A stretch of 63,544 nucleotides of DNA, counting the filler, from Choristocarpus tenellus KU-1152 (taxonomy: Eukaryota; Protista; Phaeophyceae): the NCBI GenBank assembly GCA_964200185.2. It is 15 parts of 15 records of this genome, joined end to end, with 100 filler letters (N's around TTAATTAATTAA, not from the genome) between each part and the next. Parts side by side here need not be neighbours in the genome. Positions count along the whole stretch, not along the records: positions 12,212 to 15,053 come from CAXNAD020024274.1; positions 15,154 to 17,764 come from CAXNAD020026289.1; positions 17,865 to 21,832 come from CAXNAD020016870.1; positions 21,933 to 27,095 come from CAXNAD020011651.1; 11 more parts are not named here. The stretch is one strand, 5' to 3'. The position numbers and the translations under genes are program-made. Of this stretch, positions 13,361 to 25,988 are shown piece by piece. The notes below the pieces were generated by a model, which did not search any database, was not told where the DNA came from, and saw only the letters and a program-made list of their open reading frames with translations. Position 1 is the stretch's first letter. Each line of letters opens with the position of its first letter.

Positions 13361-14181
13361 GTGAAATGCGATATTTTTTAATTAATATTGTTATTATTAT
13401 CATTATTGTTGTTATTGTTATTGTTATTTTATTGTTGGTACAGTTTTACTACTGTGTTGTATTTTTGTTTTTAATGATAGGTGATATTATTGTTGATACT
13501 TTTGTTTTATGTGAATATTTATTTGTTTCAAGTTGAGATAAAATAATCTATTATTATTATTGGTATTGGTACAGTTTTACTGATATTTTTGTTTTTAATG
13601 ATGGATAATAGATGATATTATTATCGGTATTTTTTTGTTTTATGTGAATATTTATTTGTTTATTACGAGTTGGATTGTGAGGGGGTGGTTTGTATCAAGC
13701 AGGCACTGGGGGAAGTGGTAAAATTGATGTCTCATTGCTAGGGGAAGAGAATGGATGACAGTTTATCATTATTACTATTATTATGGTGGGGTGATGGCCC
13801 ATGGATCAAAGTCAAAGTAGGAGCACCTCAAGCTCCTGTTTTAAAAAAAATTGGGGGGGGGGGATATCATGCTTGTAGGGTATTAACTATTGGTGTAGAA
13901 GACACAAGAAGGGGTAAAACAAGGTGTGTGTGTGAGTGTGGGCGTCTCTTTTTTACATTAGCAAAGAAGTTTTTTTTGAGCAGGAAAAATATAAAATATA
14001 TATATATAGTTTAATTTTGAAGTATGTGTGCGTCTATCATGTATTTTTGAAAGTTATGGAATAAAAAAAATCTAGTATTTTTAAACCCGTGTTTGATGAA
14101 CAAAGAGGAAAAGAATCTGTGTTGTAGCATCTTGAAATGTTTCTTAAAATTGTTTTTTATATTTTGTCTTTTTTTTTGCAG

Positions 14182-14298
14182 GACATCCTCTGTGTACCGC
14201 CTGTGGCAGGTGTGTGCCCTCCTAATGAGTACGAGACCTTTGAATCGCAGCAGGTTGCATCAGACTGCCTTTGGTCCGACCCCGCCAGGGATGGTCAG
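14182..14298 (+). CDS. PPP phosphatase, next exon
   Basis: Polypyrimidine-CAG acceptor, GT donor, phase 0; contains DCLWSDP. Confidence 0.92.
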
Positions 14299-14761
14299 GT
14301 GAGGGGTATGTTGTTACACACACACACACACACACACACACTTAATATAATACATACATACATACACATATTAGGTGTATGTACTTATTTTTTTGTCAGG
14401 AAGAAGTTGAAACAAAAAATCTTGTCTGAAATATGTTTGAGATGAAAAAGGTGTTGTGCAAATCATTTATTTATTTGTTTCAATATTGTAAATGAAAAAA
14501 GAGTGACGTGTGTGCGTGTGTGCGTATGTATTTGTTTATTTGTTTATTTTTGGAGATGAGCATTCTTTGACGGCCGATGGAGTTTTCTATGGCGTAGGAA
14601 GGGTTCTACAATACAGGGGAATTATATTTATTTTTGAATACATAGGAGGGGGGGGGAGGGGGGGAGGGGGGCAGAACAATCTATGTCTATTGACTTGATT
14701 TTTTTTTTAATGATGTGTTCTGACGTGATGTGCCTTTACGTGTATCTCTCGAGGTTTGCAG

Positions 14762-15019
14762 GAAATGACACTAGATGATACGGGGTTTGGTGAGAGCTTG
14801 AGGGGAGGGGGAGCAATCTGTTTTGGGGCTAAGGCCATAGACGACTTCCTGCAGCAGGGTAACCTTAGCTACATTGTGAGGGCGCACGAGGCTCACTCGG
14901 AGGGAGTGTCGCTGAGTAAGGGAGCCAAGGTGTTCACTGTGTTTTCGACCTCTAAGGACCATGGGCAGGGGAGGGGGGCCATGTGCGGCTGCATCCTTGT
15001 GGACTTTGAGAAGCTCTTG
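14762..15019 (+). CDS. PPP phosphatase, next exon (gene truncated by contig ends)
   Basis: [23 protein letters not shown]...IVRAHE...[12 protein letters not shown]; CAG/GTGAG boundaries. Confidence 0.92.
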
Positions 15020-15153
15020 GTGAGTGGGTTGTTTGTTTGGGGAGGGGGGTGGGNNNNNNNNNNNNNNNNNNNNNNNNNNNNNNNNNNNNNNNNNNNNTTA
15101 ATTAATTAANNNNNNNNNNNNNNNNNNNNNNNNNNNNNNNNNNNNNNNNNNNN

Positions 15154-15183
15154 AAACTCGTACCCTCTAAGATACTTTCACTC
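15154..15183 (+). mobile_element. MITE family A, right end at contig start
   Basis: ...CTCGTACCCTCTAAGATACTTTCACTC. Confidence 0.85.
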
Positions 15184-15190
15184 AGTTAGA

Positions 15191-15369
15191 GACCCAAAGT
15201 ATCTGGGGGGGGGGGGGGATCTACACCAGGATGTCCGTTTGGTCCGAAATCAGGAAAAGTGCATTTACATTATCCATTCAACGTATGCAACCAAATCACT
15301 CAAAAATCACGACATGAAAAAATTGACCCCAAATGGATAGCCGCCACCCCCCCCTTGATACTTTGAGCC
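15191..15369 (+). mobile_element. MITE family B, full copy (about 180 bp), AGA target duplication
   Basis: GACCCAAAGTATCTG(n)...GATACTTTGAGCC flanked by aga/aga. Confidence 0.9.
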
Positions 15370-15963
15370 AGAGATCCCGTATATTTGATGATTTTTTCGT
15401 TATGGCGCCATATCTCTGAGCCTGACCATCACAGTCTTACGAATTGGAGCAACGTATCCCATCATGGAAAGCTACTGGAGTGTTTGTCGCATGGACGTCC
15501 AACATTGCTTATTCATACTGGAGAGAATAATCAGCTTACCGCATGGAACTATTGATATCTCCATGGAACGTCGTGGACTCATCTCATCCTCCTCTTCTGT
15601 AGAATTGGGGGAAAGGGTCATCATCGTGGAATCTGTGGCTCAGATGCCACAACGTCAACAAGGAATAGACCTTACAAGAACACGTGAAGTCATTCACAAA
15701 TGTTCGCATCAATGACCTGCACTTGAGGGTTATAGTTCAAGAGTAGGGTACCCTATAAACTTGGCCACTCGTGTCCTCACTAAACCTCCTCGAGATTTAT
15801 TTGGCCAAGCTGAAACACTTTAATCTGACCAACGCAAATAATTAATAACTTTGTCCTTGGAGACTTACGGAAAGCGCGCATCACAGAATGAGTCAAACCA
15901 ATCGAGAGATAGTCAGAGTTCGACCCTTTTCAATCTATGCCATCTTTCTTACTCTGCGTATTA

Positions 15964-16160
15964 CACTCTTTTTCATAGTTTCATGTGCACAATACTGCAC
16001 GAAAAATATTCCCCTTTTCCACATATGAACTGACCCCACAATTCAGTACAAGCTCTTTTTTGTTGCACTCTTTTTCATAGCTTTACGTGCCCAATACTGT
16101 ACGAAAAATTGATATTCCCTTTCCACACACAAAGTGACACCAAAATTGAGTATAACCTCT
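15964..16160. repeat. Diverged tandem duplication of a ~95-100-bp unit
   Basis: cactctttttcatag...aatactg(c/t)acgaaaaa...ttccaca...aatt(c/g)agta x2. Confidence 0.85.
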
Positions 16161-17679
16161 GCGTGCAACTGTACAAAATGGCGACTTGCTTCCCTTCCTT
16201 GGAATCGTTAAAATGCAACCCTGCCTAGATCTCAGATGGTTTGACCCAACAGCATATATATATATATATACTGTGGTGGATTATTGTAACGCCCGTTGAA
16301 GTGAATAGAATGTTGTCACGTAGGGAGCAAAGAGAAACTTTTAAGGCAAATAATACAACAAACACGAAAACAACAACGGTATTTCACCCCAAAGAAAGTA
16401 GCAGTGTATATATTTAAATAATTAATTCCACGATGTATAGTATGCGGACCATGTGGTCGAATATGAACCAACTGTTATTTTGCCCCTTGGTTCGGTTAGA
16501 GTATATTATTGCAGCCTACAATATCCCTTACTGTTGTTCAAGAAACGCACCCTTTTTCTGATGTTAGGAAGGGGTGCAATTTTTCCGATTGATCTTATTT
16601 CCGAGGTTCCAGAGGCTACCCCTATAGACCTCTAACTAGCAGCACAATAATTTCAGGTAGTCGAAAGGTAGCATAAAAACTTGGCAAACCAAACATTGGG
16701 AAAAATTGTTCAAGGGAGCATCCGATGTAATCACCTACAAAATCTCGATGTATATAGTATAAAAAGTAAGTCAGGGGACTGTACGTGGGTACAAACTACA
16801 CACATCTGCTGTTTTGATTCTTCGGCCCCCATACTACCACCTCCTTGGAGAGGACCCTATGAACTGAATACACAAAGAACCTCCGTCACATATGGCATGA
16901 AGCTGTCGGAAGATCGCTGGGATACAACTGTTCTTGTCGCACGATCGAGTCGGTGTAGGTACTGAACATGATATGGATGCCCTTTTATCACTCTTATCTT
17001 AGAACGGGTGTTGTCTGAACCAGACATTGATCAGGAGTCAAATCGCACAGCCTATTGTTGAGTCGTACGCTGCACAGGGCATTGTTGACCACAAACGAGA
17101 AGTAGGAAGAAGATCCACCTGCAATTTCGTGTACCAACTTTGCTGTCAGGGATATTCACAAAACAATTACGTTTGGTGTAAGCCCAGTGAAATATCTAAT
17201 GTACTAATATGATCGCAGCATACCAGGAGGAGAATTGGCTGGATATTCCTAGTGTAACAGTCACTGAACTAGCGATTGGAATGAACAAAATACCTCTGCC
17301 CAATAACAGCCCAGAAAGATACCTTGCAACCAGTCCAACGTTAAATCAGAATCCACTGCAGGAGATATGTACTATTGCGATAGCCACCTTCATACCGAGG
17401 CATACCTTGAAAAGTGTCCTTCCTTTAAATATACATCACAGCGTCTGTTACCTTACATTGAACCAGTAAATAAGATACTCTAATACATATGCGGTTGACA
17501 GGTATAACCAACCTCTTTCGTAGATGACCTCTTTCGCGAAAACAAATACTGATACCACCCCACACAAAGCCAAAGGCGTACCCTAGATCCGTTGGTGTGT
17601 TGAAATGGACATATAGACTATATATACTACATAGTTATATAGTGTGAAACAGGTGGAAACTAGCAGACAGTTTTTTAGA

Positions 17680-17764
17680 GGCTGAAATTATCTGGGAGAG
17701 GGTGGCGGTTGTCCATTTGGGGTCAATTTATTCATGTCACGATTTTTGGGTGATTTGGTTGCAT
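17680..17764 (-). mobile_element. MITE family B end at contig break
   Basis: GGCTGAAATTATCT-17 bp-GTCCATTTGGGG. Confidence 0.85.
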
Positions 17765-18106
17765 NNNNNNNNNNNNNNNNNNNNNNNNNNNNNNNNNNNN
17801 NNNNNNNNTTAATTAATTAANNNNNNNNNNNNNNNNNNNNNNNNNNNNNNNNNNNNNNNNNNNNGTATACCTTCTACATGATATTCAAGATAGGTAACCT
17901 TCAGGGTTTACCTTCTGTGGAATGTGGCTCTCACACAAACACATAATTAATTGTTATTATACATTTCCAATGTTCCGAAGTCAACTTTGTTTCATCCTCG
18001 GGCGATTGGTGGGACCACCCTTTCGATCCCACCAATCCTGAAAATCCGTGCGTTACATCTTTCAGAAATTGTAAATCAGATTATATCCGTGATTTCTATT
18101 TCAAAT

Positions 18107-18799
18107 TTTGCCCTGTTTGTCCGTTTGGAGCTTGGCTTCCTATGTTTTTTTTAATGACATTTTACCTACTCCAAAATGTTTTGGATTAGGTAAAATGTAT
18201 ACGTTATGAAAAGGTGTGTCCAGAACGAGGATATTAACACTTCCTAACAAATAAGATAGCCAAAATTAAATCAAAATCGCAACATTGGATTTTGACCCCC
18301 AAACGGACGCGGCCCTACCCTCTAAGGTACTTTGGCTCTAAAGGACATTTTCCTACTCCGAAATATTTTAGAGTAGGTGAAATATTTATGTTATGAAAAG
18401 GTGTGTATGGAACAAGGATAGTGACACTCCCTAACATACACAACAGTCAAAATTCAATCAAAATTGCAACATTGGAGTTTGCCCCAAACAGACAACAAAC
18501 AGAGAGCCAAAGTATCTTAGAGGGTAGAGTCGTGTCCATTTGGGGGCCAAAATCCAACATTGCGATTTGGACATAATTTTGATCATCTTGTTTGTTAGGA
18601 AGTATCAATGTCCATGTTCTGGACGCACCTTTTCATAACATTTATATTTTACCTACTACTCCAAAACAGTTTGGAGTAGGAAAGTGTCACAAAAAACCCC
18701 ACGGGAAGTCAAGCCTCAAATGGAGAAACAGGGCAAAACACGTACCCTCTAAGATACTTTCACTCAGACTCGACCCTAACCTCTAAGATACTTTGAATC
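18107..18799. mobile_element. Cluster of three family A MITEs: two minus-strand copies, with a full plus-strand copy (18504-18765) nested in the second
   Basis: Ends GATACTTTGGCTC-like at 18338 and 18799; full GAGCCAAAGTATCTTAGAGGG...CCCTCTAAGATACTTTCACTC with aga/aga flanks. Confidence 0.85.
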
Positions 18800-19523
18800 A
18801 CATAGCGATTGTCTTAAACGTACAAGTCGATAATAAGTGACTCTTTACAAAAAGGTGGTTGCCACAAACCTCTTTTAAGGGTTACGCCCCTTTACACGTG
18901 CGTTAGGGTTTTTTTTAGTACTAAATCCACTGAAAACCGTGCTTAGTTTTTTTTTAATATCAAGAACGCACTTTAGGGGTCTCACACGTTTCCAACTTTC
19001 AGAAAACCTAAGAAGTCCTTCCAACTGGTACCCAATATTTAAATAAACCCTAAATCCACTCTTTGGCGTCTTTAGGGTTTAAATAAACTCTAGATAACAA
19101 AAAAAAGCGGATCTATCTTATTCCTGGTTACTGGTAAACACTTTTACCGTTGAACACTCAGAACACGTGCGTTAGGGTTTTTCCAAAAGTAGAATGATAT
19201 TCTAAACTTTACACCAACAAATACAGATACAAACCACATCCTTCATTGATCTAACACGTTCGAAACGTACGAAACGAAAAGGTCACGAAAATACAGACAC
19301 CCTCTGTCTCAGTTCAATATGAAATCCTATGCTGTTTGATATTCGTATTTTTGTAACCCAATTCTCATAAAAAATGTGCAATCTGAGTTTTGAGGATCGA
19401 AAGGTCAGACGGCATAAAACAGCACCGCCCATCCCTCAGTCCTCATTTCAATTCATTCCCTTCCGTAGATACCACGCAGACCTCTTATTTACCCATCCCT
19501 ATCACACCCTCCCAATCTTTGCC

Positions 19524-19970
19524 ATGTCGAACATTCCAAGCACAACAACCCACCCGCCCGCCAAAGGGAAAAGTTTGGAAACCAGAACGCGGGACCTACC
19601 CCCTATTGGCATGTCCCAGCTATTGGATGAACATTATCTGGGGTCATAAAAGATGAAACTAGGACACGTCACACGCACAAATATGGTGCGTCCTTTAAGC
19701 GAGCGTGGCCTTGCGCGCGTTCATAAGTCTATAAAGGAGAAAGGCTGGCTGGATCAGTTTGCTCCAAGTGTTGTCATCCAGCGAGAAAGTTTAGGTGATA
19801 TGGATCAGCTAAACGCCGAAACTGTGCTTGCCATTGAAGGGCGTGTATTGGACGGAAACCATAGAGTAACGGTGCTGAAGAGAGTGTTTGATCCCGAGCA
19901 CGCTTTCACCATGCGGATTTACATGGAATTCGAGCAAACGGAAGAGAGGCTAATTGCCAACGGTGGGTGA
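19524..19970 (+). pseudogene. ParB/Sulfiredoxin-like N-terminal domain ORF, with an in-frame TAA at 19647
   Basis: VRPLSERGLARVHKSIKEKGWLDQFAPSVV...RVLDGNHRVTVLK matches the ParB-N pattern (SI..xG...P..V; DGxHR). ORFs 19374-19649 and 19653-19970 are in the same frame. Confidence 0.75.
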
Positions 19971-20429
19971 TGGACTGTTTTCGTTGTTCCATAATCGCCT
20001 GACCGTTCTGATCAACTAAGCACCGAAGTAATGTAGTGTTTTTGTTGTTCCGTGATCGCCTGATGACTATTCTGATATACGAAGTTGTTGCCAAGTTTCC
20101 CTTGCTATGTTCATTGTCAGTCAGCCCATTGTGGATCTTTTCGTTGCTCATCTTTTTTATCCCTCGTGGTATTCCTGTCCACAGCAACATGTTTCTTGGT
20201 GCCGCAGGCCGCGTGTGTCCCGCGATCGCTCCCCACCTAACCCTTGTCCCGTCATAATGTCCTCCTTTCCCACCCACATGAACAAAAAACAAACGTGCTG
20301 CAGTACACCACAACATCTTTAACCAACGCCGGAATAACCCATACATATGTGACAAAACCTTATCGCATGGCTAACCCACTTCACTGCCACATTGTTGGGC
20401 TATCACATGTACGCACATGATGTTCCAGG

Positions 20430-21742
20430 TATCCACGTCTCTTGTTCAAGAACGCGTGATAGACCCTTCCTGCCTGCCGGAAGCCTTGGGGCAGACCCTC
20501 ATCCAAATGGAGACGCAGCGATGTTTTGCTGAGGCCGTTCATCCTCAGGGAAAGGCAATGGGACGCCATGAGGCGACCATTTTCGTTGCAAAGACGATGG
20601 CGACGGACTTAGGCTACCAGATCGAGGTGAATGTGGTGTAGAATGCGCTAACTTACGTATTTTGTGAAGATCGAACGGCAGAGTTTAGTTACTGGCACGC
20701 AGAAAATACTTTTTTTTTAATTCCCGAGTCCTAACCTACCTAATGCGGCACCCAAATACGTCGTGTACAAAAATATGAGCCTTACAGGTAAGTATTGCAT
20801 CGGTAGTGTGTTTGACCTTTTGCCACAATGAGGTTGCCGTTTTTGCACCACCTTCTTCGGACGATATTACCTCCAAATCATGAACATTCATGAATCGCCG
20901 TACTCTGCCCCCCCCCCCCCCCAAACCACCCCACCCCCCCCCCCCCCCCCCCCCCCTCAAAACCCCTCGACCCCACCCAACCCCACTGCCGTCTTTGTCC
21001 TCCGCAATATTTAGCCACGTGCAAGCCCGTTCTCGAATCCCGCTTGAAGGGAAGACTACAAAGTCGGCGGAAATGACCTCCTTGCGTGGGGTGATCTCGA
21101 AGTGTGAAACTCTCGATCAGAGGCCTTCAGTTCGATCTCCCCTGAAGACCAAGAAGAACAGTACATTCGTCTACTTCATGTGGCCAACAACATACAGGTC
21201 AAGCGCGTGCTTTCGCCTGGAATGGAGGTGTGTGGGCCGGGTGCAGAGCTCTACTTGCACGTGGCAGTCACTTGCCCTCTGTACTACATGTGTTGGACCG
21301 AGAAGGCAGACGACGCAAACATACAATTCACGTCAAAAGTGCCACAGAGCGGAAGCCGTCAACAGGTCCTCCTCCCCTTCTCCCAGGTTGGCCCCAGACA
21401 GATGTTCGGCATGCCCGTGGTCAGGAGGGTGTGCAAACCGCGGGCAAAGAATGACACCAGATCACCATTCAACGCACTCCCAGGTCTTAGGGCAGTGCGT
21501 TCTCGTGGGTTCGAAGTGGTGGATTCGGACTCGGAATTGACGCCAATGACCACTAGAAAGCGCAAGTGTCCCTCTTCCAGCACGGTGGAAAGGGGGAAGG
21601 TCGCAACGTATGGAGGGGCGCAGGTGATTCTTCCATGGAAGACGACCCGGAGTACGTCAGCAACACAGAGGAGGACGAGGAGGAAGAAGACGGATTAGGG
21701 TATGATACAGAGAAGGATGAAGGGGCTGACGAATAGAAGTAA
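20430..21742 (+). pseudogene. Degenerate multi-exon ORF of unknown function, with an RKRK NLS-like motif and acidic C-terminal tail (copy 1)
   Basis: Collinear with 27196-28572 across an intron-like segment (donor acag|gtaagt near 20787); contains stops and frameshifts. Confidence 0.7.
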
Positions 21743-21932
21743 GAAGATAATCGGGACGGGGGGTGGGAAGGAGGGAGGGGGGGGGTGAGAGGCGGGTGGG
21801 CGCACACGTTGGCAAAGTAATGATTGACCAACNNNNNNNNNNNNNNNNNNNNNNNNNNNNNNNNNNNNNNNNNNNNTTAATTAATTAANNNNNNNNNNNN
21901 NNNNNNNNNNNNNNNNNNNNNNNNNNNNNNNN

Positions 21933-22000
21933 CATGGGAAGCCGAGCTCCACAAATGGACAAACAGGGAAAAATTCGTACCCTCTAAGATAGTTTCACTC
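21933..22000 (+). mobile_element. MITE family A right end
   Basis: AAATGGACAAACAGGG...CCCTCTAAGATAGTTTCACTC. Confidence 0.85.
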
Positions 22001-22355
22001 TTGTTTGATCACATATTTTGACCAAGATTTGGAATCGCCCCCCTTCATTCCTTTTCAGGGCCATGGTTCATGGATGAGCATCAATCTCGGCAAGACAACG
22101 TCCTTGGGAGGGGTGAATATTTCATTTTTTGATGGTTCACTCAGGACCCAAATCTTTGGGATTACTGGTGACAACAACCAGGTTAGTTCACTTGCATATC
22201 ACTGCTTAACCGGTATCAAAGTCACTGAAGTCCCAAGTTGATCGTATTTTGTTGGCATTGCCTTTGTCTACCCAACCCTTGTTGGATATGATCTCGACCC
22301 TACTGGTTTTTGGATTACTAAAGACCATTCTCCTTTGATCAGCTCCCTTGTACCA

Positions 22356-22533
22356 GGCTCAAAGTATCTGGGGGGGGAGTAGTGGGTGTCCATGTGGGGC
22401 CGATTTTTTCATGTCCCGATTTTGTGTGATTTGGTTGTATACGTCGGATGGATAATGTATGTGCAATTTTCCTGGTTATGACCCAAATGGACACCCTGGT
22501 GTAGACTCCCCCCCCTCTCAGATACTTTGGGTC
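22356..22533 (-). mobile_element. MITE family B, full copy
   Basis: GGCTCAAAGTATCTG...CAGATACTTTGGGTC; flanks acca/acct. Confidence 0.9.
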
Positions 22534-22599
22534 ACCTTGCCGATTTGTGGATGGAAGCGGATTTCTGTAATTTTCATAGGCTAGCACATTATGTTTTCA

Positions 22600-24050
22600 T
22601 CACGATTTTCTTTGTATTCATGTCAGTGACGCACATCAGACACCTTTACCTTGACTGATCCCTCAGGTTTTGTTATCGAAGACAGAGAGTTCCGGCCTTT
22701 CAGATGATCTCCAGTTCTTCTCGTTTGATAATGTTGTGGAGACAAGCACAATTACCTTGTTCGGGTTTGGCAACGATGGGAGCGAGTGGAACAGGTGAGC
22801 AAACAATTGGCACATGAAATTCTGCTGACATCTCAAAGCATATTGTTCAGTATGTTCTACATGAATACATTAGATTATTCTTACGTGTCTCTACTCCCCT
22901 CCTTTGTCCATTTGAAACTGCAGCTTCACTACATTCGAGCTTTGTGGCGCCTCTTGAATCAACAACAAGTCGTGATGGGGATGCTGGTGAGTTTTTGGTG
23001 CCAGGGTAGACCATGGAGCTGATTCTCAGTCATTTTTCGCCTCAAGTCTCAAAATCTTCCAAGTAACCATATTTTCCAAATCGCTTTCTTGTTTGCTGGT
23101 CAAGTTGGAAGCCTGGAACGCAACACAATGCTGGTGCATGATACAACCAGTTTAAAATGATGTCCATGGTCCCTAAGACTTGTTCAAAGGGCTGGGTTTG
23201 ATTGTTGTCAATCAACGTAACATCCAAACTTAGTAACTCATAAACCCCTCCTGCGAAACTTCCCCCTCTTCTTTTCCTCAGGCCTCTTTCTCCAAGAGAT
23301 TTCTATTTGTCAAGAAAGGTCAAGATTGGTTCTCGCCTCTTGAGTCGACAACATACATAACATTACGAGGACAGGAGAACGGGAATGAGTTTGTCCCTTA
23401 TCCATTATCCAAGCAATTCTGATAGAGGAAGATTTTGATATTTAAATGTCTATATAGCTTTTTTGAAGTATTTTCGCACTGTGGAGTGTAGCTGATTGGG
23501 CTGCTTCTCGCCTACATGGAATTGTGGTGAATCCAAATAGTGAACATTAGGTAAATTGTATATTGCGCAACAAAGCATCGTGTACAGTAGGAGATCCAGT
23601 GCCATATGCTTGGTTCTCAACATGGAGAATATATTATAGTGTTGATGAGGGATTTCATTGTTTGCTGTACTGGTTCATTCAAACATACCCCCTTAAGGAT
23701 GTATATGGTGGCGAGGTGTTCGGTCAGGATACATGTTTGATTTTAAGTATTCAAACTTTTGCCTTAGGTCTTGACACGTAGGAGATAGACCCATAGGAGA
23801 TAGACCCACAGGAGATAGACCCATGCAAGAAAATTGTGTTGCGTTTTCGTGAATTTTGATCCTTCTCACGAACCATGAAAAGTGGAGGCAGACCTGCTGT
23901 ATTTTGTACACACACTGATCGAGTGAGACTAGTTACTGCTTTTTTGGCAAAGTGACTCATCCCCCGTTAGAGGAGGGAGTCGTTGAGTGTTTAAGGCCCC
24001 TGTAATAGCCTTCTGGTGCGTATGGGTTTAGGTTTAACACCCTGGAGGGC
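22600..24050 (-). mobile_element. Degenerate LTR retrotransposon pol (RNase H-integrase order, Ty3/Gypsy-like)
   Basis: Fragments 'AGLPPLF..KDQNS' (RNase H-like) followed by 'SLDVTLID...FEQVLGTMDII' (integrase-like); heavily disrupted. Confidence 0.5.
23780..23824. repeat. 15-bp tandem repeat x3 (aggagatagaccca(t/c))
   Basis: Direct reading. Confidence 0.95.
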
Positions 24051-25474
24051 GATTTTGTGCTTGTCATATGGACAAATATATATCACCTCGCTATAGCCAT
24101 AACCTCCCATGCTGGGATTAGCTGCATTTCAGTCAGGGGAAATTGGTTGTCGAGCAAAAGGTTTTGAAAGCCCTATTTATTTAAAGGAGCCTAAATTGAC
24201 CCCATCAAAGATGGGATGGCTGAGTGGTAGCTTGGTTTATTATGAGAGGTTGAGAAGGGAAGAGAGAGAGAGGGGGGGGGGAGGAGCTCCTCTGCATGTG
24301 TAAGATCTGATCCTTGGCAACCACCAAGTTCAGTACCTTTATTGTCGACCGAGTACAATATCATCCAGGCATGTCCTGAATAATAACACTATAATCGAAG
24401 TGAACATCTCAGGATCTACAGAGTAAAGTTTGCTTCTGCTGATTTATTGTATATAGTGTGTGAATATCAAAGTCTTGATATTCAATATTCCTGAGTCATC
24501 ATACCTGAGGAGGGAGACATTTGTCGTCATGTTGATAATCTCCTGGCAGGATAGGGGTGGCAAGTATAGATATGCGTAGGATTGGAGGGAAAACATGAGG
24601 TGTTTCCTTTTGTGTGATGAGCACATACATATTGAGTCAAAGTAAACCAGAGTACAGGAGTTGAATTTCAAGGATGCTGGCAAATAGGTACAAATTTCGG
24701 GCTTTTTTACAAATGCGCATAGGATATTTTCCGAGTTGTATTGACAAGTTCTCAAACAACAGGGAAATCAACCCTCTCAAGTCGAAGTAGCACTTCACCC
24801 ATAGAAATATGGGTGAATTGCAAAAGATCGAAAAACTGGCTTATAACGCAAAACGGCCAAAACCTGAGTGCCTCCTGTTTACCTTGACTCCATAGCAAGA
24901 ATAATGTGTTGAGAGTTTTCTCTCACCCTATCAACAAGGGGAAGTCAATTCTCAATCAACAGATTATCATCCAATTAATGCAATCCTACTTGACTTACAC
25001 AAGGTGTAGCTAAAAACTCCATAGTAGTAAGTACTGGTCTAGTGGGGTATGTGCGATGATCAGGTCAAGAATTAGACAGCTCTCTAGCTCTGTAGATCTT
25101 TAGCTCTCTCTATTTATTGTAGTATATGTATATATATGCTCCACATCCAGATAATAGCAGTTAAAATATCACATGCACACAGGCACAAATCATATATAAA
25201 TGATACAGGCATGTACTACAAACACAGCACAAGTGTTTCCGTACTTCCTGTTTTAGTTCCTATGATGTGCTGGTTGTTTTTCGCACCCCCCTTGAGAGCA
25301 AATTTCTTGTAGATAGTCGGATCAGCGTTGAACTCATTGACCACCATCCTAAGCTCTGTGGTAAGGAAGATGGAAGATGTTGAACAGGGTGGGGGCAACA
25401 TTACACCTCTTGTCAAAGGTGTTGACTGATTTCAAGCCAGTCCTTCCCTCACAAACTACCACACCTGATAATTT

Positions 25475-25540
25475 GTCGCGGCTCAGTGGTTAAGGATGCT
25501 GTTCCCTGAATGAACTTTGCTGGTTCAAACCATATCGACT
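25475..25540 (+). mobile_element. tRNA-derived SINE-like head (Pol III A and B boxes); a second degenerate head at about 25815-25850
   Basis: A-box CGGCTCAGTGG (25479-25489), B-box GGTTCAAACC (25522-25531), GTCG/CGAC ends; no intact cloverleaf. Confidence 0.65.
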
Positions 25541-25988
25541 CCAGACTTCTTACGGTGGAAATTGGTTCCATTATCCAATTCCATCTCGGTTTGCGCATCT
25601 ACCTGTGTACTATTCTCCTATCTGTCGGGATGTAATGTCGCAAACAACACTGGACCGAGATCGAGGTGGCAACACGTTCATCAAGCCAATTAGAATAATA
25701 TTCGAGGAAAGAGTCGGGGTTACACAATCAGTGGGATTCATGAACCCAACACAGGAGCAGCAAGGCAGGAAGTACTAGTCAATATACACGAGATTCGTCA
25801 CAGAAGAGGCTATTACCTGCATGAAAATCGTGGGTTCAAGCCTCATCGAAGCTGAACTTCTTTTTCAGAAAGTTGGTATCGTTTACTCAATTTATGGTAC
25901 CTAGAAAATTAGGTTCCCTGACTGATTGTTACACCAGCTCACCACGTTCGTGTTCTGAATGGTGATAAAAGACTCCGGTCTACTTACG

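Noticed and set aside
16650-17500. Copia RT/RNase H remnant
   Set aside because: Motifs too degraded to support a call by eye
20639-20641. In-frame TAG shared by both copies (VNVV*NAL) as programmed readthrough or an altered genetic code
   Set aside because: Differences between the copies here are mostly non-synonymous (about 11 of 15 by eye), the frame itself is uncertain, and host exons use the standard code. Shared descent from a dead copy explains it
25475-25540. Functional tRNA gene
   Set aside because: A and B boxes are present but the stems do not form a full cloverleaf; treated as a SINE head
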